Positions 19,550-30,319 of a stretch of DNA of 64,000 bases are shown piece after piece. The position numbers and the translations under genes are program-made. The DNA is taken from positions 15,144 through 79,143 of the forward strand of contig CAJTSL010000012.1 in NCBI GenBank assembly GCA_910578845.1, read 5' to 3'. Every line of letters begins with the position of its first letter. Within the stretch, counting starts at the first letter, position 1. Under the pieces are notes generated by a model. It was not told where the DNA came from and did no database searches. It worked only from the letters and a program-made list of their open reading frames with translations. The DNA is from an uncultured Lachnospiraceae bacterium (lineage in GTDB: Bacteria; Bacillota; Clostridia; Lachnospirales; Lachnospiraceae).

Positions 19550-20732
19550 GGATATCCTCCCCTCGATAACGTGCAATCGCGGCACAGTCTTTGTCGCCTC
19601 TGCCGGATATGGTGATGACGATGATTTGTTCTTTTCGCATAGTCGGTGCGATTTTCATGGCATGGGCAACGGCATGGGCTGACTCGATAGCGCAAATGAT
19701 GCCTTCGGTCTTGGCTAGATATTCAAAGGCGTCTACGGCTTCGTCATCTGTCACGGGCACATATTGCGCTCTGCCGATGTCATGCAGATAGGCGTGTTCC
19801 GGGCCGATGCCGGGATAATCGAGACCGGCGGAGATGGAATAGACAGGTGCGATCTGTCCGTATGCATCTTGACAGAAGTAAGATTTCATACCGTGGAAAA
19901 TACCGACCCGTCCGGTATTGACCGTTGCGGCGGTCTCGAAAGTATCAATGCCTCTGCCGGCCGCTTCGCAGCCAATCAGCATGACTTCCTTATGGTCTAT
20001 GAAGTGATAGAAACTGCCCATAGCGTTAGAGCCGCCGCCGACACAGGCGATAACGGCGTCCGGCAGCCTGCCTTCTTTGGCAAGGAGCTGCGCTTTGGTC
20101 TCTTTAGAAATCACTGCCTGGAAATCACGCACGATAGTCGGGAACGGATGAGGTCCCATCACAGAGCCTAAGCAATAGTGTGTATCGGCAATTCGTGAGG
20201 TCCATTCGCGCATCGCTTCGGAGACGGCGTCTTTTAAAGTCGCAGTTCCCGATTTGACAGAGACGACATCGGCGCCGAGCAGCTTCATGCGGTATACGTT
20301 GAGCGCCTGCCGGATTGTGTCTTCTTCGCCCATGAAGACAACGCATTTCATGTCGAGCAGCGCCGCGGCGGTCGCGGTCGCGACGCCGTGCTGGCCGGCG
20401 CCTGTTTCTGCGATCAGACGGGTCTTGCCCATTTTCTTGGCAAGCAGCGCCTGCCCAAGCACGTTGTTGATTTTGTGGGAACCGGTGTGGTTTAAGTCTT
20501 CCCGTTTCAGATAAATCTTTGCGCCGCATAAATCGCGGCTCATTTTGTCGGCGAAATAAAGCCTGGAAGGCCTGCCTGCATATTCGTTTAGCAGTTCGGT
20601 CAGTTCTTGGTTGAATGTGGGTTCGTCTTTGTAATGATCATATGCTTTTTCCAGTTCGATTACGGCATTCATCAGCGTTTCAGGGATATACTGACCGCCA
20701 TGGATGCCGAAGCGTCCTCTTGGGTTTGTCAT
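19542..20732 (-). CDS. trpB: Tryptophan synthase beta subunit
   Basis: [15 protein letters not shown] (PLP Lys), [30 protein letters not shown]. Confidence 0.97.
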   Translation of the reverse strand: MTNPRGRFGIHGGQYIPETLMNAVIELEKAYDHYKDEPTFNQELTELLNEYAGRPSRLYFADKMSRDLCGAKIYLKREDLNHTGSHKINNVLGQALLAKKMGKTRLIAETGAGQHGVATATAAALLDMKCVVFMGEEDTIRQALNVYRMKLLGADVVSVKSGTATLKDAVSEAMREWTSRIADTHYCLGSVMGPHPFPTIVRDFQAVISKETKAQLLAKEGRLPDAVIACVGGGSNAMGSFYHFIDHKEVMLIGCEAAGRGIDTFETAATVNTGRVGIFHGMKSYFCQDAYGQIAPVYSISAGLDYPGIGPEHAYLHDIGRAQYVPVTDDEAVDAFEYLAKTEGIICAIESAHAVAHAMKIAPTMRKEQIIVITISGRGDKDCAAIARYRGEDIHE

Positions 20733-20766
20733 GGTTGTCACATGCTCCTTTCGGTTTATTGTTTTT

Positions 20767-20815
20767 TAGGTGATTGCGAAACTAGGTTTTGAAAATACCT
20801 GTTTCGCAATTAATA
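20767..20815. repeat. MITE/REP-like palindromic element
   Basis: TAGGTGATTGCGAAACTAGGTTTTGAAAATACCTGTTTCGCAATTAATA. Confidence 0.7.
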
Positions 20816-20862
20816 ACCGTTTCGCGCTTACCTGTTATTGTTGATAAGTTAAATTTACACGC

Positions 20863-21182
20863 AAAAAAGTCCTTGACAGAATTGATTGATCTGTCAAGGA
20901 CGAATAAACATTGCCATGCATTATCCGCGGTGCCACCTTGTATTCACAGGATAAAACCTGTGCGCTTAGCAGGATACTAACATATCCCCGGCAACTGACG
21001 TATGCCTGCACGTTGCAGAATACTTTGCATGGCTTTCTTCCTGATGATATATGATGGATATGGATGGCCTTGCATTTGACTGCACCCTCAGCGGTCCATT
21101 TGACAACTTGTTTCTTACCCGATTCTCAGCATCACGGGTTCTCTGTAGAGGCATGATTGCCGTTATCTCCGCTTCAACGGTT
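20863..21182 (-). promoter_or_regulatory. Trp-specific T-box riboswitch with terminator
   Basis: Minus strand: AGAGA box, GCTGAGA loop, UGG specifier (21096-21098), AAGGTGGCACCGCG T-box (20926-20939), terminator GTCCTTGACAGA/TCTGTCAAGGAC + T6. Confidence 0.9.
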
Positions 21183-21202
21183 TGAAGTATGAAATTGGAA
21201 CT

Positions 21203-21231
21203 ATTCTAGCATGGTTTATATGAGGTGTCAA
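21203..21231 (-). promoter_or_regulatory. Sigma-A promoter of the trp leader
   Basis: Minus strand TTGACA, 17 bp spacer, TGcTAGAAT. Confidence 0.8.
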
Positions 21232-21283
21232 GCATGAATTTTAATTATCGTTAAAACGCATGCTATAGGCTTTTAAAATGATA

Positions 21284-23311
21284 TTATTTATCAGTAAAGC
21301 GTTTTTTCATTGCAAGGTAAAGCGTATGGTCGTCCGGGTGATTCTGCATGTTGGTAATGAGGGTCACTCCGCTGTTGGGATCTTCCCCCATATATTTTTG
21401 CAACCATTGATAAAAGTGGGGGCCTTCAGCAATATTGCGGATATATCCCATGATGTGTCCTAATGTATAGGCAGTGAATTTCACGTCCGTCAGACAATCG
21501 TTGTCATAAAAGCCATGCCATTTTCCATGATTGGCAAGCGACATGCTATCTGTAATTTCGTTTAGCAGAGCGATAGAATCGCCCAGATTAAGAAAGGCAG
21601 CCTCCATTTGGTTTTGGCGGAATAAATGGTAGGCACTGCATACGAGTAATTCTGCGTCCATGCTTTTGTAATGAATCGTGGCTTGAAGCAGAGCCGAATC
21701 CCGTAACAGGCTTGCCTCTGTGGTATACAGACTGGTATCAGGATGTTGGGTAAAAGATTCTATAAAGCGCTTACAGTCCAGGTAATGGTTCCGCATATGC
21801 TCCAGGGCAGAGGCGATTAGCTTCTCTAGATATTGCACTTGTTGATCCAAGCCGATAGAGCCTGTCAGCCATTCCAAATCCGATTCAGGGGCATCAAATC
21901 TTCCAAGGAGCCATCCATGGCAAAGCGCACGTATTGTATAGTGGTAAAATTGCTCTCCGGCATGGTCGTCCTCGTGCGGGCCGTATTGCAAAGCGGAACG
22001 GGCGTAATTTTGATAAAGCCGCTCGGCTTGTTTGGCGCAATGCGGGAAATATAGCTCGGCATAGGAAGGCGCGTCTTTTCCCCATATACGGGCAATATAA
22101 TCCAGCATATAAGTATGTGGGCGCACATTGGAACAATTTACCAGTAAAAGACTATGCACGCCTTTATCCATTGCATTTCTTAATTCATATTCTACGAAAT
22201 CCGTACTGTTTGGCAGCATAGTGATATGGGATGCTGCCTGTAGATCATAAAAAGAGGCATGATAGTAGATGCCATGAAGCCCTGTTGGCGTAGGAGGAAT
22301 GGCAGGGACCCTGGGATTGTGCGTATCCTGCCGTCTGGAAACCATTTTTCCATAGCCATTGTCGGCCCATATGTAGATGACATTTTCCGGCAGGGTAAGA
22401 AAAGCTTGATGATATAACTCCATGATCTCGCCATATAAGTTTGTGCAGCATATAGGATTTTCAATGTATTCGCGCAGTATGTCATATTGGCGTTGGATTA
22501 GGCGGCTAATCAGTGCGCCGCGCTTTTCGGGAGTATCATATTCTGGGTCGTCCGCCCAGAAAGGATGGTCGCCCTGTCCACGGAAACCAATGTTCCAGAT
22601 AATGTTATAGTCTTTTTGTTTTTCAATGGCAGTACGCCAGAGGCCTTCAAATAATTCAGGATACTGCCGATAGGAAGGCGTCAGGTTGGGATATGCTCTC
22701 GAAAACATTTGTGCGCCCAATGGCTCGGCGTGGTGATGTGTAATCCAGAGCCCCATATCGGCTGCAAGATTGAAATATTTGTGACTATTATGGTCTGTTC
22801 CAGGAATAATCATATTTCCGCCCAAGCGCAGACAGGCTTCCATAGCCATTTCAAAGGCAAAGTTTTCCACTATGCCATCTTTGGGTATATCTTCTCCCCA
22901 TGCGTCGAGCAGGACTTCATCATTGATGAACCATCCCCGGAAGCGGATAGGATATTGGGGGGAATGATATTCTCCGTCAGCAATTTTGACGGCGTCTTGT
23001 TTCTGAAATACCGTATCGTTCCAATACCAGAATGGGGGAATGCCAAGATATTGCTCGCTGACCTGGAGCAGCGCATAGATGATGCCCAGTGCATCCTTGC
23101 CCGTTATGGAGAGTGTTTGCTCATGTGCTACGATGCAGTAAGCTTCGGGAGGAAGAGAGGAAGAGAGGCCGATTCGGATCCGGCATTCGGGATGAGCATT
23201 ATGCTGGTTCAAGGTCATGCCGATATCGCGTTTGAAACGGTTCCATGCGCGTAATAAGATGCTGTCTGGATTTGTCTCCCAAAGAATTCTTATGTTTGCG
23301 GTCAGTTGCAT
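21284..23311 (-). CDS. GH115-like glycoside hydrolase (alpha-glucuronidase-like)
   Basis: FRGWFINDE, ITHHHAEPLGA, GFRGQGD, WADNGYG, GIYYHASF; RBS AAGGAG. Confidence 0.75.
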   Translation of the reverse strand: MQLTANIRILWETNPDSILLRAWNRFKRDIGMTLNQHNAHPECRIRIGLSSSLPPEAYCIVAHEQTLSITGKDALGIIYALLQVSEQYLGIPPFWYWNDTVFQKQDAVKIADGEYHSPQYPIRFRGWFINDEVLLDAWGEDIPKDGIVENFAFEMAMEACLRLGGNMIIPGTDHNSHKYFNLAADMGLWITHHHAEPLGAQMFSRAYPNLTPSYRQYPELFEGLWRTAIEKQKDYNIIWNIGFRGQGDHPFWADDPEYDTPEKRGALISRLIQRQYDILREYIENPICCTNLYGEIMELYHQAFLTLPENVIYIWADNGYGKMVSRRQDTHNPRVPAIPPTPTGLHGIYYHASFYDLQAASHITMLPNSTDFVEYELRNAMDKGVHSLLLVNCSNVRPHTYMLDYIARIWGKDAPSYAELYFPHCAKQAERLYQNYARSALQYGPHEDDHAGEQFYHYTIRALCHGWLLGRFDAPESDLEWLTGSIGLDQQVQYLEKLIASALEHMRNHYLDCKRFIESFTQHPDTSLYTTEASLLRDSALLQATIHYKSMDAELLVCSAYHLFRQNQMEAAFLNLGDSIALLNEITDSMSLANHGKWHGFYDNDCLTDVKFTAYTLGHIMGYIRNIAEGPHFYQWLQKYMGEDPNSGVTLITNMQNHPDDHTLYLAMKKRFTDK

Positions 23312-23398
23312 AAGTGTGTTCTCCTTATTAAAGTATCTTGCTCATTCAATGTTTTTATTTCGCCACGAAGATATAAGGGTTGATAAGAATAAAAGATT

Positions 23399-23719
23399 TC
23401 ATTGTTCATCAGTGCATGAAAATCCATAAATAAGTATTCGCAGACACCGTCCAAAAGGTTTGGTGAAAAAACGTTGTTCATACTCGTAATATCCGTCAAC
23501 ATCAGCCAGAACCCACCTGTTTTCATTAAAATCCCAATATTCATTAACCCAGTGTTCCATGTAACTATCACCAGTATCGCCAAAATCCATAAATCCGGCC
23601 CTTGAACGGCATGGGATTCCTTTAGCCTTTAAAATTGCGCTAAATAACACAGAAGCCTGTCGGCAAGATACAGTAATTCGTTTTGTTACATCTCTGTTCT
23701 TTGTAAATCCTCTTTCATC
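23399..23719 (-). pseudogene. Transglutaminase-like gene remnant
   Basis: DERGFTKNRDVTKRITVSCRQASVLFSAILKAKGIPCRSRAGF...EHWVNEYWD...RWVLADVD (Cys-His-Asp pattern); no N-terminus, and similarity decays after YYEYEQRF. Confidence 0.6.
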
Positions 23720-23839
23720 TACATGCCGTTGGCTTTTCGGTTCATATAATTTTGATGAAGTCGGTATTTGGGCTTTCGTAATGCTGGTATTTAAAAGCTA
23801 TATGGGGATCTGCCCTTCTGATTATCTGGCAAATAAACG

Positions 23840-25180
23840 CTATTTTACTTCCACGCTTATAGGTAAAAATATGACACAGTTTGTTATGCCTCCATTCACA
23901 TTATTATAGTTTCCGTTTGAAAGTGGAACTCCTATGATTTCCAGTTGCGTGCCTTCATACACTTCCGGAAGGCTGTCTGGATAAAACATATAATATATTC
24001 TGGAAATATTGCTTATATCGTAACAAACCATTTCCGTAAAGCATCCGCTTTTTGTATATTCGTAATCATATTCGAGTATTTGGCTAACGTATAATGACCC
24101 TGTTTCCATGAGAACTGTGTTATATGTTTCATTCTTTTTGATAAATTTCTCATAGGTCAGTTCAAGGTCGATGGAATCTTCAAGTCCTTGCAAATCGCCG
24201 TTCAAAGCGTTAGCTTCTATTTCATCCAGGAAGTCCTTTTTCTGGATGCTCATATTGAAATGCATCGTATCATTTTGGTCTGTAAAGTCAGCAATAAACA
24301 CCATTAGTTCCCCCAAAGAAGGCACGAACCTGCCGTTCTCGAAATTACCTCGCCGATCAACCACTCCCTTATCATTTTCTGCATATATCTGCTCACCGTA
24401 CCCGTTCCAGCAGCCGTTTTTCCATTCTCCCGAATAAGTATATGGAACCATATCGCTGGTGAATGATTCAAAGGTTCCTTCCCCATTGGGGATTCCGTTT
24501 TCTGTCGTTCCGTCATATGTTCCGGTTCTATAAAGACCATCGTAAAAGAGGACGCTTAGATTATTGCATTTTAATTCACCGGCTCCTGCTAGTTTTCCAT
24601 CTTTCCAGCTTCCGTCATATTGTATGGAAATTCCGTCGTTATCATGATATTCAAATATTCCTGAACCATCCGGTTTCCCATTCAAAGAAGTTCCAGTGTA
24701 AACGCCATGATATGTGGCATCCATTAGTTCCGCTTCAAAGGGGACATTGTCAAATTTTCCGTTTCCAGAAATCATGCCGTTGATGAAATCTCCATCATAA
24801 TACCAGTTTTGTTCTTCTGTACTGCCCGTAAATTTTCCTTGTCCATTAGGCATACCGTCCATGACCGTACCGGAATAAGTTCCCTGATATGCCGTTTCTT
24901 GCCACATAATTTCACAAGGAGCGTTATTCAGTGTACCGTTGCCGGCGACTTTTCCACTATCAAAGCCTCCTTCATAGCTCCATTCTTCATTTTCACTGCT
25001 GACAACGAATCTGCCTTCTCCCATTGGGCGTTTATCTTCCAAAACGCCGGTAAAGCTACCAGAAATCTGTTCTTCTGCCAGACTAATCGTTACAGTTTGG
25101 TTTTCTACATTTTTTGTACAACCAACAAGTGCATAGCTGGAAAAAAATGATATTAATATGATTCCAATTTTCTTATTCAT
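23840..25180 (-). CDS. MORN-repeat lipoprotein
   Basis: Lipobox ALVGC; repeated YxGxxxxGxPxGxG units. Confidence 0.75.
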   Translation of the reverse strand: MNKKIGIILISFFSSYALVGCTKNVENQTVTISLAEEQISGSFTGVLEDKRPMGEGRFVVSSENEEWSYEGGFDSGKVAGNGTLNNAPCEIMWQETAYQGTYSGTVMDGMPNGQGKFTGSTEEQNWYYDGDFINGMISGNGKFDNVPFEAELMDATYHGVYTGTSLNGKPDGSGIFEYHDNDGISIQYDGSWKDGKLAGAGELKCNNLSVLFYDGLYRTGTYDGTTENGIPNGEGTFESFTSDMVPYTYSGEWKNGCWNGYGEQIYAENDKGVVDRRGNFENGRFVPSLGELMVFIADFTDQNDTMHFNMSIQKKDFLDEIEANALNGDLQGLEDSIDLELTYEKFIKKNETYNTVLMETGSLYVSQILEYDYEYTKSGCFTEMVCYDISNISRIYYMFYPDSLPEVYEGTQLEIIGVPLSNGNYNNVNGGITNCVIFLPISVEVK

Positions 25181-25461
25181 ATCTTTTGTCCTCTTCTTAA
25201 TTTATAAATTGTATTATGTTTATTATATAGTAGATTTGGAATATTTACAAATTTTACAGAAAAATTTTGCCATTTCTAACGCATCTATAGTTATAGCTTT
25301 GTAGTAACATATTTTCGTTTATAGTTGGAAAGTTTTTGTCCAGAGATTTGCAGGCTTTTTTATTTTGCTTTTTAACATGCTCATCTGGTGTTTTGTGTTA
25401 TAATAGGTGCAAGCTCGGCAGCTAGCATAACAAGATCTTTAAGAAAGAGGAGAGATGCATT

Positions 25462-26019
25462 ATGAATATTTATAAGACATGCCCCATACTGGAAAACGAG
25501 AATTTTTTACTGCGGTTGTTTGAAAAGGAAGATTGTGATGATTTGTTAAAGGTTTATAGTGACAAGAATGCCTTGCCTTTTTTTAACAGCGATAATTGTG
25601 ACGGAGATAATTTCTACTATGCGACCAAAGAAAGAATGGAGGAAGCTCTTGCGTTTTGGGATTTATCCTATCAAAACGGCTGGTTTGCAAGGCTCTCCAT
25701 TATTGATAAAGCAGTATCGAATGTAATCGGGACGGTTGAGCTATGTTTACGGGTTTCCGAAGATGAATTTAATCAAATGGGGATTTTACGGGTTGATGTA
25801 AGAAGCGATTATGAAAAAGAAGAGACGTTATATGACGTTGTGGCTTTGGTTATGCCCCATCTTCCTGAATTGCTAGGATGTCATGGCGTAGTTACCAAAG
25901 TTCCTATCTATGCGGTGGAAAGGATGAAGGCGATGCAGAAAGCAGGCTTTAAGAAGGCTGAACATTTCTTGATCGGAAAGACCGGGTACGCATATGACGG
26001 TTACTGGATAAAGGAATAG
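25462..26019 (+). CDS. GNAT (RimJ/RimL-like) acetyltransferase family protein
   Basis: CPILENENFLLRLFEKEDCDDLLKVYSD N-terminus; C-terminal MQKAGF; RBS GAGGAG. Confidence 0.6.
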   Translation: MNIYKTCPILENENFLLRLFEKEDCDDLLKVYSDKNALPFFNSDNCDGDNFYYATKERMEEALAFWDLSYQNGWFARLSIIDKAVSNVIGTVELCLRVSEDEFNQMGILRVDVRSDYEKEETLYDVVALVMPHLPELLGCHGVVTKVPIYAVERMKAMQKAGFKKAEHFLIGKTGYAYDGYWIKE

Positions 26020-26112
26020 TTTTGATAAGGACGGGATTTTTTAGGGCTCCTTTCCGGACAAATTAGTGCAATCGCGGACAGGATTTTTCATACATAATTA
26101 GCTATGATCAGT

Positions 26113-26160
26113 TAGTTAATTGCGAAACTCCTATTTTTAAACCTGGTTTCATAATTTTCA
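26113..26160. repeat. MITE/REP-like palindromic element, inverted degenerate copy
   Basis: TAGTTAATTGCGAAACTCCTATTTTTAAACCTGGTTTCATAATT is the reverse complement of the family pattern. Confidence 0.55.
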
Positions 26161-26426
26161 AAGAATTTATTCCACAGACCGGTTATGAGCAAACAGATGA
26201 CACCGATTATGAAATATATTATGAAAAGGTGAAAGCGGCCTATTCTGTGAACTGTGGGTTCCGGTAAAACAAGTTTCAAATGGATCAGATAATCCGTCAT
26301 TTGCATAATTTCTTATAGGAGTGGCAGCATCCGTAGAATTGTGCTATAGTAAAATGTACAAATGGCAGTTGCGAAAAACAGGAGATTCGGGACACCATAG
26401 ATGCTAAATTACTATGTAGAAGGTGA

Positions 26427-27467
26427 ATGTGGATGAGGAAGAAACAAAAAGCAGCAAAAGCCGGATTACTGGTAACATCCTGTATTGGCATGATTTTATC
26501 AGGTTGTGGGGCGGATGCGGGAACCAGCGAAGATGCCCAGGTACCGGAGCCTATCGTCTATGAGGTAGGAACGGACGCAGAGGTGAAAGGAACGTCTGAG
26601 GAAAGCGAGCCTGATAAGGCTGTCACGAATGAAACAGAGGAGGAGAGCCCGGCGCAGGCAGATGCTACAGGTTTATACGAACAGTTTTTAAGCAATAGCG
26701 CCTCGGTAACGATAAGCAGCGATTGTCCTTTGGAGGACTATATGACTCCGATTTTTGAGGCAGGAGATTCTTTCACATTGACCGAGTTAGGAGATTGTGT
26801 ATCAGGATATTACCTGAATCCGGAATATACAGATAAAAAGTCGTACGACGAAGTGCAGTATGCTTATGTGCCATGCCCGGACAGCGCAGATGAACAGAAC
26901 CTGCTTGTGAAATTTGTCGGCCTTAATATCTATTCGCCGGATGATGAGAGTTATGCGGTATTTGTCATAACGCAAGATAACGGGCAGTTATATATATCGT
27001 ACCTGTATGAGTGCTGGGCGAGGAGTGCGACGATGGCACATGCGAATGGCTTGCTAAGCGAATATGGCTCTCATGGCGCAGGAGCTCATTCTGTCGGCCT
27101 GTCGGCGATGCTCGCAAACGGAAAAAATACCCGCATTTATGGAGCGGAAGTTTTGATGGGTACCTGGACGAGCAGTGTGAATGAGACGATTTATCATGAA
27201 GTGTTTGATGAGAATACTATAACGAACTTAACGGTATCCATCTATCACATCGGTGATAATGAGTATTATTGGTATGATATGAGCGATTGTGATGAAGACG
27301 ACAAAGAGCGGTGCGAGACATATATTAGCAGATGTAGAGAAGAAGCAGGCATAAGCTTCGTGACGCAAGAGGAGATCCAGGCATTGATCAAGGCACGATG
27401 TCAGGAAATCGGCGTAGATTATAGCTTAACGGAACAAGAGCAAGAAGCAGTCTGGCAAAAACTGTAA
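26427..27467 (+). CDS. Hypothetical acidic lipoprotein
   Basis: Lipobox ILSGC, acidic linker, 346-aa ORF. Confidence 0.7.
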   Translation: MWMRKKQKAAKAGLLVTSCIGMILSGCGADAGTSEDAQVPEPIVYEVGTDAEVKGTSEESEPDKAVTNETEEESPAQADATGLYEQFLSNSASVTISSDCPLEDYMTPIFEAGDSFTLTELGDCVSGYYLNPEYTDKKSYDEVQYAYVPCPDSADEQNLLVKFVGLNIYSPDDESYAVFVITQDNGQLYISYLYECWARSATMAHANGLLSEYGSHGAGAHSVGLSAMLANGKNTRIYGAEVLMGTWTSSVNETIYHEVFDENTITNLTVSIYHIGDNEYYWYDMSDCDEDDKERCETYISRCREEAGISFVTQEEIQALIKARCQEIGVDYSLTEQEQEAVWQKL

Positions 27468-27483
27468 AGTTGGAGGGTCATTT

Positions 27484-28326
27484 ATGAAGTTTACGAAGAT
27501 GCACGGATGTGGGAACGATTATATTTACATTAATGGATTCACGGAGCAGATAGAGGCGGAGAAGAAACCTGGACTGGTGAGGAAGATCAGCGACAGGCAT
27601 TTTGGGATTGGCGGCGACGGCGCTATTTTCATTAACCCGTCTAAGGAAGCGGATTTCGAGATGGAGATGTATAATGCAGATGGCAGCAGGGCGGAAATGT
27701 GTGGCAACGGAATCCGCTGTGTTGCGAAATATGTCTACGATAAGGGATTGACGGATAAAACCAATATCAGTATTATCAGCTATGGCCAGGTCAAATATCT
27801 TGAGCTCTTTTTAAAAGAGGGGAAAGTGGATACGGTAAGGGTCAATATGGGCGCGCCAGGGCTGCGCCCGGAGGAGATCCCGGTAGTTGCCGATAACTGT
27901 ACGGACCGCGTTGTAGATGAGCCTATTGTCGTAGAAGGCAAAGAATATAAAATGACATGTGTGTCAATGGGGAACCCGCATGCGGTTGTTTTCGTAGAGG
28001 ATGTAGAACATATGGCGATTGAGAAAATAGGGCCGTATTTTGAGAACCATGAGCGATTCCCGAACCGTACCAATACGGAATTTGTCACGGTCTTAGACCG
28101 GAGCCATGTACAGATGCGCGTATGGGAGAGGGGAACGGGAGAGACATACGCCTGCGGAACGGGATGCTGTGCTACGGTAACGGCATGTATCTTAAATGGT
28201 TTGACGGATGAGACAGTTACTGTTAAACTATTAGGTGGCGAAATTACAGTTACCTGGGACAGGGAAGCGAATCTCGTTTATATGACAGGGCCTGCGGAGA
28301 CTGTTTTCGAGGGAGATCTTGTCTGA
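27484..28326 (+). CDS. dapF: Diaminopimelate epimerase
   Basis: MKFTKMHGCGNDY, EMCGNGIRC, SMGNPH, RVWERGTGETYACGTG. Confidence 0.97.
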   Translation: MKFTKMHGCGNDYIYINGFTEQIEAEKKPGLVRKISDRHFGIGGDGAIFINPSKEADFEMEMYNADGSRAEMCGNGIRCVAKYVYDKGLTDKTNISIISYGQVKYLELFLKEGKVDTVRVNMGAPGLRPEEIPVVADNCTDRVVDEPIVVEGKEYKMTCVSMGNPHAVVFVEDVEHMAIEKIGPYFENHERFPNRTNTEFVTVLDRSHVQMRVWERGTGETYACGTGCCATVTACILNGLTDETVTVKLLGGEITVTWDREANLVYMTGPAETVFEGDLV

Positions 28327-28360
28327 TGAGCATATGGCATAAGAATGGAGGAATATCGGT

Positions 28361-29575
28361 ATGGTTAAAGTGAACGACAATTATTTGAAGCTGCCCGGCA
28401 GTTATCTTTTCTCAACGATTGCGAAGAAGGTAAATGCCTATACTGCGGCAAATCCGGATAAGAAGATTATCCGTTTGGGCATAGGTGATGTGACGCAGCC
28501 TTTATCCCCGGCAGTCATCGGTGCGATGCACAAAGCAGTAGATGAGATGGCGGATGCAAAGACGTTCCATGGGTATGCGCCGGATTTGGGATATGAGTTT
28601 CTGAGGACGGCGATAGCGGATAACGACTATAAGGCTAGAGGCTGCCAGATTGAAGCGGATGAGATTTTCGTTTCTGACGGCGCGAAATGTGATTCAGGGA
28701 ATATCCAGGAAATCTTTAGCATAGACAATAAAATTGCGGTCTGCGATCCGGTCTATCCCGTTTATGTGGATACGAATGTCATGGCGGGCAGGACAGGTTC
28801 TTATGATGAGAAGACGGGCAATTGGAGCGATGTTATTTATATGCCCTGCCTTGCAGAGAATGGGTTTGCGCCAGAGCTGCCAAAGGAAGTGCCGGACTTG
28901 ATTTACCTATGCTTCCCGAACAATCCGACAGGCTCTACGGTGACGAAAGCGCAGCTACAGGAATGGGTCGATTATGCGAATAAGAATGGCTGCGTCATTA
29001 TTTATGATGCGGCTTATGAAGCATATATTTCGGAAGATGATGTACCGCATACGATTTTCGAATGCGAAGGGGCGAGAACTTGCGCGATAGAGCTTCGCTC
29101 TTTCTCCAAAAATGCCGGATTTACTGGCGTACGGCTAGGTTTTACAGTCATTCCGAAAGAGTTAAAAGTAGGAGATGTATCGTTGCATGCGCTCTGGGCT
29201 AGGAGACATGGCACGAAATACAACGGTGCGCCGTATATTATCCAGCGTGCCGGAGAAGCCGTATATAGCGAGGCCGGAAAGAAAGAGACTAAAGAGCTGG
29301 TTGCTTATTATATGAAGAATGCAAGTTATATCTTAAACGGCCTCAAATCTGCCGGCTATACCGTTTCCGGTGGTGTGAATGCGCCTTATATCTGGCTGAA
29401 AGCGCCGAAGGGCATGACGAGCTGGGAATTTTTCGATTATCTGTTAGAGAATGCCAATGTAGTGGGCACGCCGGGTTCCGGATTTGGGCCTAGCGGCGAG
29501 ACCTATTTCAGGCTGACGGCATTTGGAAGTTATGAGAATACCGTGGAAGCGGTTGACCGTCTGGCGAAATTGTAG
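28361..29575 (+). CDS. dapL: LL-diaminopimelate aminotransferase
   Basis: [51 protein letters not shown]. Confidence 0.95.
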   Translation: MVKVNDNYLKLPGSYLFSTIAKKVNAYTAANPDKKIIRLGIGDVTQPLSPAVIGAMHKAVDEMADAKTFHGYAPDLGYEFLRTAIADNDYKARGCQIEADEIFVSDGAKCDSGNIQEIFSIDNKIAVCDPVYPVYVDTNVMAGRTGSYDEKTGNWSDVIYMPCLAENGFAPELPKEVPDLIYLCFPNNPTGSTVTKAQLQEWVDYANKNGCVIIYDAAYEAYISEDDVPHTIFECEGARTCAIELRSFSKNAGFTGVRLGFTVIPKELKVGDVSLHALWARRHGTKYNGAPYIIQRAGEAVYSEAGKKETKELVAYYMKNASYILNGLKSAGYTVSGGVNAPYIWLKAPKGMTSWEFFDYLLENANVVGTPGSGFGPSGETYFRLTAFGSYENTVEAVDRLAKL

Positions 29576-29612
29576 AAGGGCAGACGATGAAGCGGCAAAG
29601 GATTTAGATAAT

Positions 29613-29658
29613 TATAAAAAGTATTCTTGTCTGTAAAGGGATAGGAATACTTTTTTAT
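29613..29658 (+). terminator. Probable intrinsic terminator after dapL
   Basis: AAAAAGTATTCTTGTC ... GATAGGAATACTTTTT inverted repeat. Confidence 0.55.
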
Positions 29659-29758
29659 ATCATAAGAACTTACGCAGCCGCGTAGCAAGGAGGCAGTAAG
29701 GATCATGGAGTAATGCCGGGAGCGCAGGCTGCTAATGATACGGGGGAAAGGAAAAGAG

Positions 29759-30319
29759 ATGACGGACGCACAGTTTGAATGTGCCATGGCGAGGATCAGG
29801 CGCGGGGACAAGCAGGGCCTTCAGGAGATTTACGAGGCTTATATCGGGTTAATTTATGCGATTGTCAAAGACGTCCTGAAAAGCAAAGAGAACGCGGAAG
29901 ATGTGACAAGCGATTTTTTCATAAAGCTATGGGATAAAGCCGATGCCTATCAAGGCGGAAGAGGGCATAGGGCGTGGATGACGACAATAGCCAGGAATAT
30001 GGCGATAGATTATCTGAGAAAATATGGGAAAGAAGAAGCCAGGGAGATAGTAGAAGAAATAGAGAAACCGGAGGCTTATGTGCAGGAGGCAGACTGGGGG
30101 AACCCGGTGGAGCAGGAAGTGCTGGCGGGTGTTTCGATTACGGAAGCGCTTTCCCGGCTGAAAGAAAATGAGCGGCAGATCATGAATATGAAGATATTAG
30201 GAGATATGACTTTCCAAGAAATTGCAGAGTCGCTAAAGGTGCCGCTTGGCACTGTGACATGGAGATATCAAAGTGCAGTCAAGAAATTAAGGAGGTGCGG
30301 TTATGGAACGGGATTTTGA
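29759..30319 (+). CDS. ECF-type RNA polymerase sigma factor
   Basis: AEDVTSDFFIKLW, WMTTIARNMAIDYLRK (region 2), MTFQEIAESLKVPLGTV (region 4). Confidence 0.9.
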   Translation: MTDAQFECAMARIRRGDKQGLQEIYEAYIGLIYAIVKDVLKSKENAEDVTSDFFIKLWDKADAYQGGRGHRAWMTTIARNMAIDYLRKYGKEEAREIVEEIEKPEAYVQEADWGNPVEQEVLAGVSITEALSRLKENERQIMNMKILGDMTFQEIAESLKVPLGTVTWRYQSAVKKLRRCGYGTGF

